The notes beneath the pieces are model-generated. The model ran no database searches and had not been told where the DNA came from. It saw nothing but the letters and a program-made list of their open reading frames with translations. A stretch of 20,000 nt of DNA from an uncultured virus (IMG/VR IMGVR_UViG_3300024346_000052) (Duplodnaviria; Heunggongvirae; Uroviricota; Caudoviricetes; Crassvirales), in IMG/VR virus record IMGVR_UViG_3300024346_000052. One strand, given 5' to 3'. Within the stretch, counting starts at the first letter, position 1; every line of letters starts with the position of its first letter. This document shows, piece after piece, positions 8,201 through 15,983 of this stretch. A program made the position numbers and the translations under genes.

Positions 8201-9735
8201 GCTCTTAAGTTATTAATTACACAATCAGTTGATAATATAGTAGATGCTACTGAAGCCGCATTTTTAAGAGCACTTTTAGTTACTAGTAAAGGATCTATTA
8301 TTCCGGACTTTACCATACTTACCGTTTTACCTGTAACCACATTTAATCCTTCACCTTCAACATTAGAGTTGGTATAATCAGTAATACCAGCGTTATTCAA
8401 TATAGTATTATATGGTGATTTAATAGCGTTAAACAATATTTCTTCTGACGAGTTGTCAGCATTAATATTAGTTGCAGCGTTAAGCAACGCTATGCCACCC
8501 CCTGGCACTATACCTTCTTTTATTGCGGCTTTTGTAGCACAAATAGCATCTTCTACTCTATCTTTTTTTTCTTTAAGTTCTATTTCAGAATTTGCTCCAA
8601 CTTTTATTACTGCAACTTTAGCTAATAACCTAGCAATTCTTCTTTCAATCTTTTCTTTAACCAAAGAGTTTTTTTCTTTAATTATTTTTTTTCTTAAAAA
8701 ATTAATTAAATCATTAACTTCGTTTGGCATTTCATCTACCTGTATTAAAGTTTCTGAAATACTACTTATTGTTTTTTTGCAAGAACCCAATAGGCTTAAA
8801 TCTATCAAATCCATATCATCGCCTAAGTCTTCATTTACAACAGTAGCTCCTGTTATTAAGGATAAGTCTTCAAGCATTTCTTTTCTATTAATACCGTAAA
8901 CTGGAGAATTTATTACGTTTACCTTTATATTGCCTTTAACTTTATTCATTGCTAAAGCGCTTGTAACTTGAGGATCTAATTCTCCTATTATTAATAAAGA
9001 TTTTTTTTCAGAAATAATATACTCTAATACGTTTTGTATTTTTCTTATATTATCTATTTTACTATCTAATATTAAAATTAATGGTTTGTGCAGCTCACAA
9101 GTTTTATCTTCTTTGTTTGTAATGAAATGATCTAAAACACAACCTTGTTCATATTGAACCCCCTCTATTCTTTCTACTTCCGTTATTGGACTTTCGTGTG
9201 TTTCCATTAATACAACCCCCGTATTATCTACACTTTTAAAAGCCTCACTTATTAATAGTCCTAAATCATTATCATTATTGGCTGAAATTGTAGCTACTTG
9301 TTTAATTTTATCTTCAACAACTGGTGTTGAGATTTTTTCAAGATATTGCACTACTTTTTCTACAGCCGTATTTATTCCTTCTTTTAGTTCCCTAGAGGTT
9401 ATATCCCTGCTTTTATTAGCTTCCATTAATATAGCATGTGCTATTACAGTAGCTGTTGTTGTTCCGTCTCCTGCTTCTTTAACTGTTTTTCTAGCCGCTT
9501 CTTTTATTAATTTAGCTCCCATGTTTTCAACGGGATCTAGTAGAACTATAGAATTAGCAACAGTAACACCATCTTTTGTTATTATAGGATTTCCACTGTT
9601 GTCTTCCATTATCACACACTTACCACTAGCTCCAAGAGTGGAGCTAACGGCTTGTGTTAATTTATTTATTCCATTGAATATTTTATTTCTAGCATCTTCA
9701 CCGAAGTTTAAATGCTTTACAATTGTATCACTCAT
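8197..9735 (-). CDS. groEL: Chaperonin GroEL (Cpn60), phage-encoded, 512 aa
   Basis: ITKDGVTVA, AGDGTTTATV, KDRVEDAICATKAAIKEGIVPGGG, GIIDP motifs; lacks the C-terminal GGM tail. Confidence 0.97.
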   Translation of the reverse strand: MSDTIVKHLNFGEDARNKIFNGINKLTQAVSSTLGASGKCVIMEDNSGNPIITKDGVTVANSIVLLDPVENMGAKLIKEAARKTVKEAGDGTTTATVIAHAILMEANKSRDITSRELKEGINTAVEKVVQYLEKISTPVVEDKIKQVATISANNDNDLGLLISEAFKSVDNTGVVLMETHESPITEVERIEGVQYEQGCVLDHFITNKEDKTCELHKPLILILDSKIDNIRKIQNVLEYIISEKKSLLIIGELDPQVTSALAMNKVKGNIKVNVINSPVYGINRKEMLEDLSLITGATVVNEDLGDDMDLIDLSLLGSCKKTISSISETLIQVDEMPNEVNDLINFLRKKIIKEKNSLVKEKIERRIARLLAKVAVIKVGANSEIELKEKKDRVEDAICATKAAIKEGIVPGGGIALLNAATNINADNSSEEILFNAIKSPYNTILNNAGITDYTNSNVEGEGLNVVTGKTVSMVKSGIIDPLLVTKSALKNAASVASTILSTDCVINNLRA

Positions 9736-9769
9736 TTTATTAAATTAAATATAATTTGTTTTTTGAATA

Positions 9770-10063
9770 TTACTCGAAGGTTTTAATTACTTTCGGTCCA
9801 TTGGTAAACTCTAGCTTTTTAGCATAATGTTCAATAGAACTATCTATTGCTTGCTCTGCTCCACCTATAGTTTCTCTTCTGGTAACATCAATCCATATTT
9901 CAGGATCATCGATATCTCTATATTCGGTCTGTAAGAATCCATTAGGTAATTGAACTATTCTCCAGTTTTTTTTCTGTGAAATGTGTTTCCATACTTTTAT
10001 GGTATCTTCTGTTGGTTGTGGTGCACTAGACCACGTATTAGTGCGGGTATATAAAAACGTCAT
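9770..10063 (-). CDS. Hypothetical protein, 97 aa
   Basis: ORF track; on the operon strand with normal composition and an A-rich upstream region. Confidence 0.7.
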   Translation of the reverse strand: MTFLYTRTNTWSSAPQPTEDTIKVWKHISQKKNWRIVQLPNGFLQTEYRDIDDPEIWIDVTRRETIGGAEQAIDSSIEHYAKKLEFTNGPKVIKTFE

Positions 10064-10128
10064 TGTATTTGGTTTTAAGTTAAACGTTGGTTATTTATAT
10101 TATCACTTGATAATTCGGTTAATTCTAT

Positions 10129-11214
10129 TTATGGTTCTACTGCAGGAGTTATATCCACCCAGGTATGTGTGTCTTCTCCAAGTATTACTCCTTGAAAGTT
10201 TTTTGACGAAGAGTTGTATCTAATCATACCTAAAGTTTCTGAATCTGCGGCTGGCCTTTGGCTTAAAGTTCCTCCAGGTATAATTATACCATTAGTAGAA
10301 TCTGTTGAAGATTTAAAAGCACTAGATGTTTGACTATCGTCTTGCATAAAAACACTGTACCTTGCTAGACTAGCATTACCACTTCCGCCCTTATTAACAT
10401 CCAAAACTCCTGTAATTGAACTTGCACCTACATCTACAGCTAATTCATTAGATGCGCCTGAATATATTATACCACCGTTAGCTAAGTTATCTGTTTGAAT
10501 AGTTCCTGATCCTATTTGAACACCACTACCAGCTATTAAAGAAGATGTAGAAGTTATAGTTATTTCGGCTGAGCTAGTTGCGGTTAGCGTAATCCCTGTT
10601 CCTCCTGTTAATTTCACCGAGGAGTCTGTCCCAGTCGATGCATCTAAGTTTAAAGGCACAGAGTCATCGATTTTAGATCCTGCTTGTATAGTATATGTGT
10701 CGCCAGGAGTTGGTGTGATCCACTCTACTTGTCCACCGCTTGCACTAGCTGACAACAGTTGGTTAGCGCTTCCAAATTCGCCATTTGAATCGTGAATCTT
10801 GTTAGAATAAAGTGCATCTACTTGTAAGTAAGCATTCTGAGTTATAATAACACTTGGTGCGTTTATGTCTTGTTTGACAAGAGACGATGATAAAACTCCA
10901 GAAGTGTTACTCCACAACGGTAAAAAATTTGATTCTGGACCATTAATTGTTGGTACTGCTATAGTATCGAAAGTTATCGAATTTGCTCCCGCATTAAAGT
11001 CTATATCTATTGTATTACTGCCACTTAGCTTTATGTCTCCAGTTTGTCCGTTTTGCCCGTTTATATCTGTTATTTTATCCACAACGTCTATAACTGTTTT
11101 TATACCACTTACTGATATAGATTTAGTCGGCTTACCATTAGCCGAAACATCTGAAACAACCATAACGTCTGACATGCTAGCTTCTGTTACTGGGTAAGAA
11201 TATATTATTGCCAT
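10129..11214 (-). CDS. Putative tail fibre/appendage protein, 361 aa (MAIIYSYP family)
   Basis: S/G/T-rich; C-terminal GIIIPGGTLSQRP...GMIRYN...FQG pattern typical of fibre proteins; N-terminus shared with the neighbouring gene. Confidence 0.65.
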   Translation of the reverse strand: MAIIYSYPVTEASMSDVMVVSDVSANGKPTKSISVSGIKTVIDVVDKITDINGQNGQTGDIKLSGSNTIDIDFNAGANSITFDTIAVPTINGPESNFLPLWSNTSGVLSSSLVKQDINAPSVIITQNAYLQVDALYSNKIHDSNGEFGSANQLLSASASGGQVEWITPTPGDTYTIQAGSKIDDSVPLNLDASTGTDSSVKLTGGTGITLTATSSAEITITSTSSLIAGSGVQIGSGTIQTDNLANGGIIYSGASNELAVDVGASSITGVLDVNKGGSGNASLARYSVFMQDDSQTSSAFKSSTDSTNGIIIPGGTLSQRPAADSETLGMIRYNSSSKNFQGVILGEDTHTWVDITPAVEP

Positions 11215-11230
11215 TTTGTTTTTTTTTAAA

Positions 11231-12253
11231 TTAAATTGCTTGTGATTTTAAACATACCCAATTATTTCCATCATAAATTAAAATACCTGAACAACCATTT
11301 CCAACTTCATCAACGTCAAATATCATCTCTCCTGCTGTTGGTGAGCTAATTTCAGAATTTCCTAAATTTGGCATTACTATACCATTTGTAACTTTACTAG
11401 AGTTAGAGTCATTTGCGCTAGAACCACCTCCAACACCAACTAAAACACCACCAGCGTTAAGTGAACTTCCGTTGTAAATACTAGGAGCTGCCCAATTAGC
11501 TCCTGTAGAAGAACTACTATTAGAAGTTAATACTAAACCGTTTTGGCCAGCAGTAGTTCCACCCATAAGAGCAGTAGTTAGCGATACAGCTATTTGGTTA
11601 CTAGCATCAAAACCTAATCCCACTCCTAAATCAGCGCTTATTGTATCAGGAACTGTTGCGGTGTTAAATTCAATACCATTACCAGCTTGATAAGAGCTAC
11701 CACCGCTGCCTGAAGAATTTATAGTTATAGTTCCAGCAGCATTGTTAGCGGTTAAAGATGTGCTACCGCTAGGTATTAAAGTTATTGTTTGCACCGTAGA
11801 ACTACTATCTGTTAAGTCTAAGTCTACGCTTGTAGACGTCGATGCATTTTGTTTTGTAGATATTGTATAAGTACTTCCACCGCCTGACGCAGTGCCAAAA
11901 TCATAGCCTGTTTTTGAAGCGTTAACCTTTAATATATCACCTACGTTAGCAGCGGCAAGATCAGTTGTGTCTTTTCCAGTTCCACCGCCAACTCCTGATA
12001 CAGTTCCACCTACTACTATAGTACCAATGCCAACAGAAGGATCAGCACTACCCGCTGTTTGGGTTGGTGTTAATCCTATGCTGTCATTAAATAGTATTCT
12101 ATCGACATTACCGCCAGGTGTAGACGCTTTTAAATTTGCAACTTGTTGTAATTTAATGGTTCTAACAGCAAAAGAATCGCCAGGCACTGTTACTAACAGT
12201 TCTTCTGCGCCTGTTATTACACCCTCGCTTGGATATGAATATATTATTGCCAT
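11231..12253 (-). CDS. Putative tail fibre/appendage protein, 340 aa (MAIIYSYP family)
   Basis: G/S/T-rich; C-terminal GIVMPNL...SPTAGEMIFD...LIYDGNNW; first 8 aa identical to those of 10129-11214. Confidence 0.65.
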   Translation of the reverse strand: MAIIYSYPSEGVITGAEELLVTVPGDSFAVRTIKLQQVANLKASTPGGNVDRILFNDSIGLTPTQTAGSADPSVGIGTIVVGGTVSGVGGGTGKDTTDLAAANVGDILKVNASKTGYDFGTASGGGSTYTISTKQNASTSTSVDLDLTDSSSTVQTITLIPSGSTSLTANNAAGTITINSSGSGGSSYQAGNGIEFNTATVPDTISADLGVGLGFDASNQIAVSLTTALMGGTTAGQNGLVLTSNSSSSTGANWAAPSIYNGSSLNAGGVLVGVGGGSSANDSNSSKVTNGIVMPNLGNSEISSPTAGEMIFDVDEVGNGCSGILIYDGNNWVCLKSQAI

Positions 12254-12264
12254 TTTTATTTAAT

Positions 12265-13512
12265 TTAGTCGTTTCTTTTAACTACGTATTTACCTTTTTT
12301 ATCTTCTTTAACTCTAGAATAATCTTGAACGCTAAGTTGTGGGTAATTTTTAGGATTATTACCTTTGTTTTTAAATTTAGCCTCAAAATCATCTTCACTA
12401 ACATAGTCTCCAGTGTTGTAATTGCTAAAACCTCTCACCGTATCGCTTTTCATAGCTTTTTCTTTAGGTTTTCCGTTCATGTTTAATGGTGAATGACTAC
12501 CACCTCTCATGTGTTTTAACACCTTACTTGCTCCCATGTGTGACAAAGCTTTAGGTTCTTGATCAATTACCGGTCCACCGTAAGATAAGTCTCTTGACAT
12601 ATTCATAGGAGAATCTTTTTTACCGTACATTTTAGCAGGAGAAGCCTCTATTTTAGCTTTTAATTCAGCTGGTAAATTATTTTGCTTACCAACTAGTTCT
12701 TTTTCAAGAGGTGATTTCTTACCATACATGTTCATAGGAGATTTATCATCAGCCCTTTCGTTTTCTAAATAATGTAATCTAGCCGATGCTGATAAATTCT
12801 TATTATAAGCTTCTTTGTTATCATAAGCTTTACCCGTCATCTGAACAGGAGATGCTTTTTTAGCTTTTTTTCTACTAGAATATCCTTGAGGGTTATTCAT
12901 TCTTATACTTCCATCATCTCTAAACTTACGATCACCAGTGCTCATTACTTTCTTTTTCTTTTGACCACTTGCTGTTTTAGTTTTCACTTTAACTGTAGCT
13001 TGTTTTTTACCTGATTTAGTTTTATATCTTTTGATTTTAACTTTAACCTTAGTACCACTATCAGTTGTATACCTGTCTTTTCTTTTTCCAGCTTTTTTCA
13101 TGTCCTTCATTTTAGCAGGTGATTTAGTCTTTTTGTCAACTTTTTCTAACTTCAACTGAATTTTAGCAGCTTTAGTAAATCCTTTATCCATTCTTTTATC
13201 AGCTTTTTCTTCTGATCCTTCACTTTTTCTAGGCTTTAAATTACCAGCTCTACCTTTAAAACTAGATAAGTTATTATTCTTATCTATTTTATTTATTAAC
13301 TTAGCTCTTTTTTTAGGAGATCCATCTGCTTTTTTTAAACCTTTAACAGCTTTCTTCTTATATTTTTTATTAAGCTTTGTTAATTGTTCTTTTTTCTTAG
13401 CTTCATTTTTAAAAGCTTTTTTTAAAGTCTTGTCTTGTTTTTTACCGGTTGTTGATTGAACTTTCTTTTCAAGCTTATCACCTTTCTTTCTAAGTCGATC
13501 TAATTTCTTCAT
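12265..13512 (-). CDS. Highly Lys-rich protein with repeated SPxx(M) motifs, 415 aa (histone H1-like composition; possible DNA-condensing/core protein)
   Basis: ORF track. Very K-rich N-half; SPKK, SPAKM x2, SPVQM, SPMNM x2, SPLEK, SPLNM. First gene of the leftward arm. Confidence 0.7.
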   Translation of the reverse strand: MKKLDRLRKKGDKLEKKVQSTTGKKQDKTLKKAFKNEAKKKEQLTKLNKKYKKKAVKGLKKADGSPKKRAKLINKIDKNNNLSSFKGRAGNLKPRKSEGSEEKADKRMDKGFTKAAKIQLKLEKVDKKTKSPAKMKDMKKAGKRKDRYTTDSGTKVKVKIKRYKTKSGKKQATVKVKTKTASGQKKKKVMSTGDRKFRDDGSIRMNNPQGYSSRKKAKKASPVQMTGKAYDNKEAYNKNLSASARLHYLENERADDKSPMNMYGKKSPLEKELVGKQNNLPAELKAKIEASPAKMYGKKDSPMNMSRDLSYGGPVIDQEPKALSHMGASKVLKHMRGGSHSPLNMNGKPKEKAMKSDTVRGFSNYNTGDYVSEDDFEAKFKNKGNNPKNYPQLSVQDYSRVKEDKKGKYVVKRND

Positions 13513-13858
13513 AATTTCTTTTAATACATGTATTATTATTTTTTGTTTAAGTACTTAAATATATAAGTTACATATTATATTTATTATTTACAATTGAACA
13601 ATAGTGACATTAGCCTGTTACTCTATACCTTATACTGCTATTGTCATACTTTTAAAAAAGTTGTAAAATATATAGAACCTAGGTGTTGCCCCCCTCCCTA
13701 TCCATTCCTTTAATCTAAGGAAAGTCAAATATACAAAGCGGGCCCCTCCTGTTTCATTTCTTATCTCGAATCTTTATATATTCTCATATGAGCTCTCGTC
13801 TGTATATGAATCGATGTCTCGTCTTCCCCCACATTCTTGACTTTTACTATTATAATAA
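13513..13858. promoter_or_regulatory. Divergent intergenic control region (possible origin or terminus/packaging region)
   Basis: Coding strand switches here. Contains inverted repeat TGACATTAGC/GCTATTGTCA (13605-13646), C-runs and a TCTCGTCT direct repeat (13794, 13817). Confidence 0.5.
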
Positions 13859-13890
13859 TACAATGTCAATACGATCTTCATTAGATAATA
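13859..13890 (+). promoter_or_regulatory. Repeated promoter-like motif copy 1
   Basis: TACAATGTCAATACGA-TCTTCATT-AGATAATA. Confidence 0.7.
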
Positions 13891-13919
13891 TAATCAACTA
13901 ACAAATAAATAATAACAAT

Positions 13920-14012
13920 ATGAATAACTTAAATAAAATCCTATCACTCGACATCGTACTACCTACATTCTTTATAACATATGAATTAATATTCTTACTA
14001 ATAATTTCTTAG
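13920..14012 (+). CDS. Hydrophobic microprotein, 30 aa
   Basis: MNNLNKILSLDIVLPTFFITYELIFLLIIS; directly downstream of motif copy 1 with an A-rich leader. Confidence 0.4.
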   Translation: MNNLNKILSLDIVLPTFFITYELIFLLIIS

Positions 14013-14075
14013 ATATGTTTACATGTCGCGCAGTACTTCTAGCTAATAAATAACATATAAACAAATATACACTTT

Positions 14076-14107
14076 TACAAACTAAATACGACAACAACAA
14101 GATAATA
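14076..14107 (+). promoter_or_regulatory. Repeated promoter-like motif copy 2
   Basis: TACAAACTAAATACGA-CAACAACA-AGATAATA. Confidence 0.8.
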
Positions 14108-14138
14108 ATAATAACTAAACTAAATAAATAATAAATAT

Positions 14139-14375
14139 ATGAAAACTAATAAACTAACAACTAAAAGATTTGTAATAAGAAAATCTTTACTCGGTACAAA
14201 TACAGTAATAACATTTACTAATAAGAAAGAAGTAACATTCACTTATGATCACGATGAAATTTACTCAACATTTCAACAAAAGTTTGAAGAAATGGCTTGT
14301 TTTCAACAGTACAAATCTTATACAAATTCTAATACTGTTCCAAAATTCTGTAGAGAATTAAGTACTCAGTCTTAA
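14139..14375 (+). CDS. Hypothetical early protein, 78 aa
   Basis: ORF track; follows motif copy 2. Confidence 0.75.
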   Translation: MKTNKLTTKRFVIRKSLLGTNTVITFTNKKEVTFTYDHDEIYSTFQQKFEEMACFQQYKSYTNSNTVPKFCRELSTQS

Positions 14376-14444
14376 AAACTAAAAGTCGACGTTGATAGTA
14401 ATACTTTAACGACTATAAATAACACGAACATATTACTCAACACA

Positions 14445-14488
14445 TAGCCGAAATGGTTGGAAGTGAGATTCGATTTCTCACTCGGTTA
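14445..14488 (+). ncRNA. tRNA-like mini-structure (acceptor-like stem + T-arm, no anticodon arm)
   Basis: TAGCCGA/TCGGTTA 7-bp stem, linker AATGGTTGGAA, GTGAGA/TCTCAC stem with T-loop TTCGATT. Confidence 0.5.
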
Positions 14489-14518
14489 CAAACTAATTAC
14501 GATAGTCGTAAGATAATA
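14487..14518 (+). promoter_or_regulatory. Repeated promoter-like motif copy 3
   Basis: TACAAACTAATTACGA-TAGTCGTA-AGATAATA. Confidence 0.8.
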
Positions 14519-14542
14519 ATAATAACTATAAAAATAAATAAT

Positions 14543-14743
14543 ATGTATCACTCTAATTCCCCTTCAAACTGGTCATGGAAAAAAGCTTTTGACGAAATGA
14601 ACAAGTATGTTCATCAAACAGAAATGACTCAACAATCTATAAATCACGTACTAAATTATCCTGGTGAAGCTAATGGTGTCTTTATGTCACTAAGTAAATC
14701 ACAACAAGATGATGTTTACGATATACTAAATCAAATAATATGA
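14543..14743 (+). CDS. Hypothetical early protein, 66 aa (MYHSNSPSNWSWKKAF...)
   Basis: Start moved from 14453 to the ATG downstream of motif copy 3 in an A-rich context. Confidence 0.7.
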   Translation: MYHSNSPSNWSWKKAFDEMNKYVHQTEMTQQSINHVLNYPGEANGVFMSLSKSQQDDVYDILNQII

Positions 14744-14820
14744 ATAAAGAACAAAAACTATTTGTAGCAATATTAATTTGCTCAATACTAATAATAATAA
14801 CAGATGTCGTTACAAACTAA
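14740..14820 (+). CDS. Hydrophobic microprotein, 26 aa
   Basis: MNKEQKLFVAILICSILIIITDVVTN; ATGA overlap with the upstream gene; stop lies inside motif copy 4. Confidence 0.45.
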   Translation: MNKEQKLFVAILICSILIIITDVVTN

Positions 14821-14842
14821 ACACGACAAATAATAGATAATA
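14811..14842 (+). promoter_or_regulatory. Repeated promoter-like motif copy 4
   Basis: TACAAACTAAACACGA-CAAATAAT-AGATAATA; ATG at 14848. Confidence 0.8.
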
Positions 14843-14847
14843 ATAAT

Positions 14848-15063
14848 ATGAATATAAAACAACATAAGCAAAAGCTTAACAAAAAATACAATCAAGCGAT
14901 TGTCGATAAAGTACTAAACTCAATGTGGTCAAAGCTCGGTAACGAGTTAGATGATGTTATGATGTCAGAAGGTTACTCTGAAACTAACAATGAAATGTTT
15001 GACGATCAAGATTGTTACTCAGGTATTATACTAAACATTATGAAGTTACAGTGTGATGAATAA
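14848..15063 (+). CDS. Hypothetical early protein, 71 aa
   Basis: ORF track; directly after motif copy 4. Confidence 0.7.
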   Translation: MNIKQHKQKLNKKYNQAIVDKVLNSMWSKLGNELDDVMMSEGYSETNNEMFDDQDCYSGIILNIMKLQCDE

Positions 15064-15113
15064 GTTTAACTGACGAGAGTTTAATACTCGAAACTACGCA
15101 AGTAGTCTTAAAC
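15064..15113 (+). ncRNA. Hammerhead ribozyme, type I
   Basis: Stem I GTTTAA/TTAAAC; core CTGACGA; stem II GAGT-TTAAT-ACTC; GAAA; stem III CTAC-GCAA-GTAG; GTC cleavage triplet, predicted cut after 15107. Confidence 0.92.
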
Positions 15114-15129
15114 AAATAATTAACTAAAT

Positions 15130-15387
15130 ATGAAAAAAATAATAATGACTATAGGTGCATTTGCACTAATGTCTTCGGCAAGTAATAAGAATTACCCTTC
15201 TGATCAACTATGTTATGCTATGTTGAACTTATCTCAAATGCAATTAGAAATGTGGGAAGATCTTGAAAACGGTAAACTTACTCAATCTCAAGCTGAAAAC
15301 TGGAATGAAATAATTGAAGAAACTTATATATTCATTGAAGATTATTACAAGCATTTACCTGATGGAACATTAGTAGATAACTTTTAA
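15130..15387 (+). CDS. Hypothetical protein with signal-peptide-like N-terminus, 85 aa
   Basis: MKKIIMTIGAFALMSSAS followed by an acidic domain. Confidence 0.7.
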   Translation: MKKIIMTIGAFALMSSASNKNYPSDQLCYAMLNLSQMQLEMWEDLENGKLTQSQAENWNEIIEETYIFIEDYYKHLPDGTLVDNF

Positions 15388-15419
15388 TACAAACTGAATA
15401 CGAATAACAATAGATAATA
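15388..15419 (+). promoter_or_regulatory. Repeated promoter-like motif copy 5
   Basis: TACAAACTGAATACGA-ATAACAAT-AGATAATA. Confidence 0.8.
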
Positions 15420-15442
15420 TAATTAAATAAAATAAAATAAAT

Positions 15443-15625
15443 ATGAATAAATCAGAAAAAACGGCAATTACGTCAATTACAGGAATACTAATGATAGTAT
15501 TAGTAGCAATAGCAACATCTTGCTCACCTACACAAACAGCTTATAAATCAGGAGTTAAAAAGAAATTTAACGGAAAACTAGTAAGTCACGCGCATAACTA
15601 CAACGCTTGTCCAGCTTATCAATAA
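15443..15625 (+). CDS. Putative small lipoprotein, 60 aa
   Basis: Hydrophobic stretch ILMIVLVAIA then TSC (lipobox-like Cys). Confidence 0.6.
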   Translation: MNKSEKTAITSITGILMIVLVAIATSCSPTQTAYKSGVKKKFNGKLVSHAHNYNACPAYQ

Positions 15626-15634
15626 AATATAACT

Positions 15635-15805
15635 ATGACAGAACAACAAGCAATTGAAGCAATCGCTAATGATATACAAGATGGTATCTACGGTTGGACA
15701 CAGAAATGTGGAACAGAGTGGCAAAAGTGGACATATTCACTAATGCAAGCTAAGAAAATATATAATGGTGATTTAATAATAAATTTAAGTATAGAAAATG
15801 AATAG
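15635..15805 (+). CDS. Hypothetical protein, 56 aa
   Basis: Hand translation MTEQQAIEAIANDIQDGIYGWTQKCGTEWQKW...SIENE; fills the gap. Confidence 0.65.
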   Translation: MTEQQAIEAIANDIQDGIYGWTQKCGTEWQKWTYSLMQAKKIYNGDLIINLSIENE

Positions 15806-15983
15806 AGATAGAGAATGGGATTTTATGGAAGAACATAGAGAGCTAATGGAAACAGAAGATGAAAGATCTTTACTAGCAACTTTTGCACTAGTAGTCAGAG
15901 AACTCGCTATAAAGTTTCCTAATGATCAAGAATTAGGTGCAGAAGTAAGAAAATTAATACAAGATTATAAACTAAATACATGA
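15798..15983 (+). CDS. Hypothetical protein, 61 aa
   Basis: ORF track; contains FPNDQELGAEVRKL; overlaps both neighbours. Confidence 0.7.
   Translation: MNRDREWDFMEEHRELMETEDERSLLATFALVVRELAIKFPNDQELGAEVRKLIQDYKLNT

Noticed and set aside
7940..9735. Bacterial chromosomal groESL operon
   Set aside because: Reversed order, divergent sequence, no GGM tail and entirely phage-like neighbours.
4996..12486. Other plus-strand ORFs in the left arm (4996, 5690, 5827, 7208, 8453, 9278, 9981, 10865, 11967, 12229)
   Set aside because: They overlap well-supported minus-strand genes such as groEL and the amidase; no independent support.
13837..13864. Sigma70-like promoter TTGACT-N16-TACAAT
   Set aside because: Single occurrence in AT-rich DNA, suboptimal spacer, overlaps motif copy 1 and is atypical for the inferred host group.
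14430..14495. Canonical tRNA gene
   Set aside because: Too short, with no anticodon arm or D-stem; kept only as a tRNA-like element.
14453..14542. N-terminal extension of the 96-aa ORF
   Set aside because: Runs through the tRNA-like element and motif copy 3; the ATG at 14543 has the typical A-rich context.
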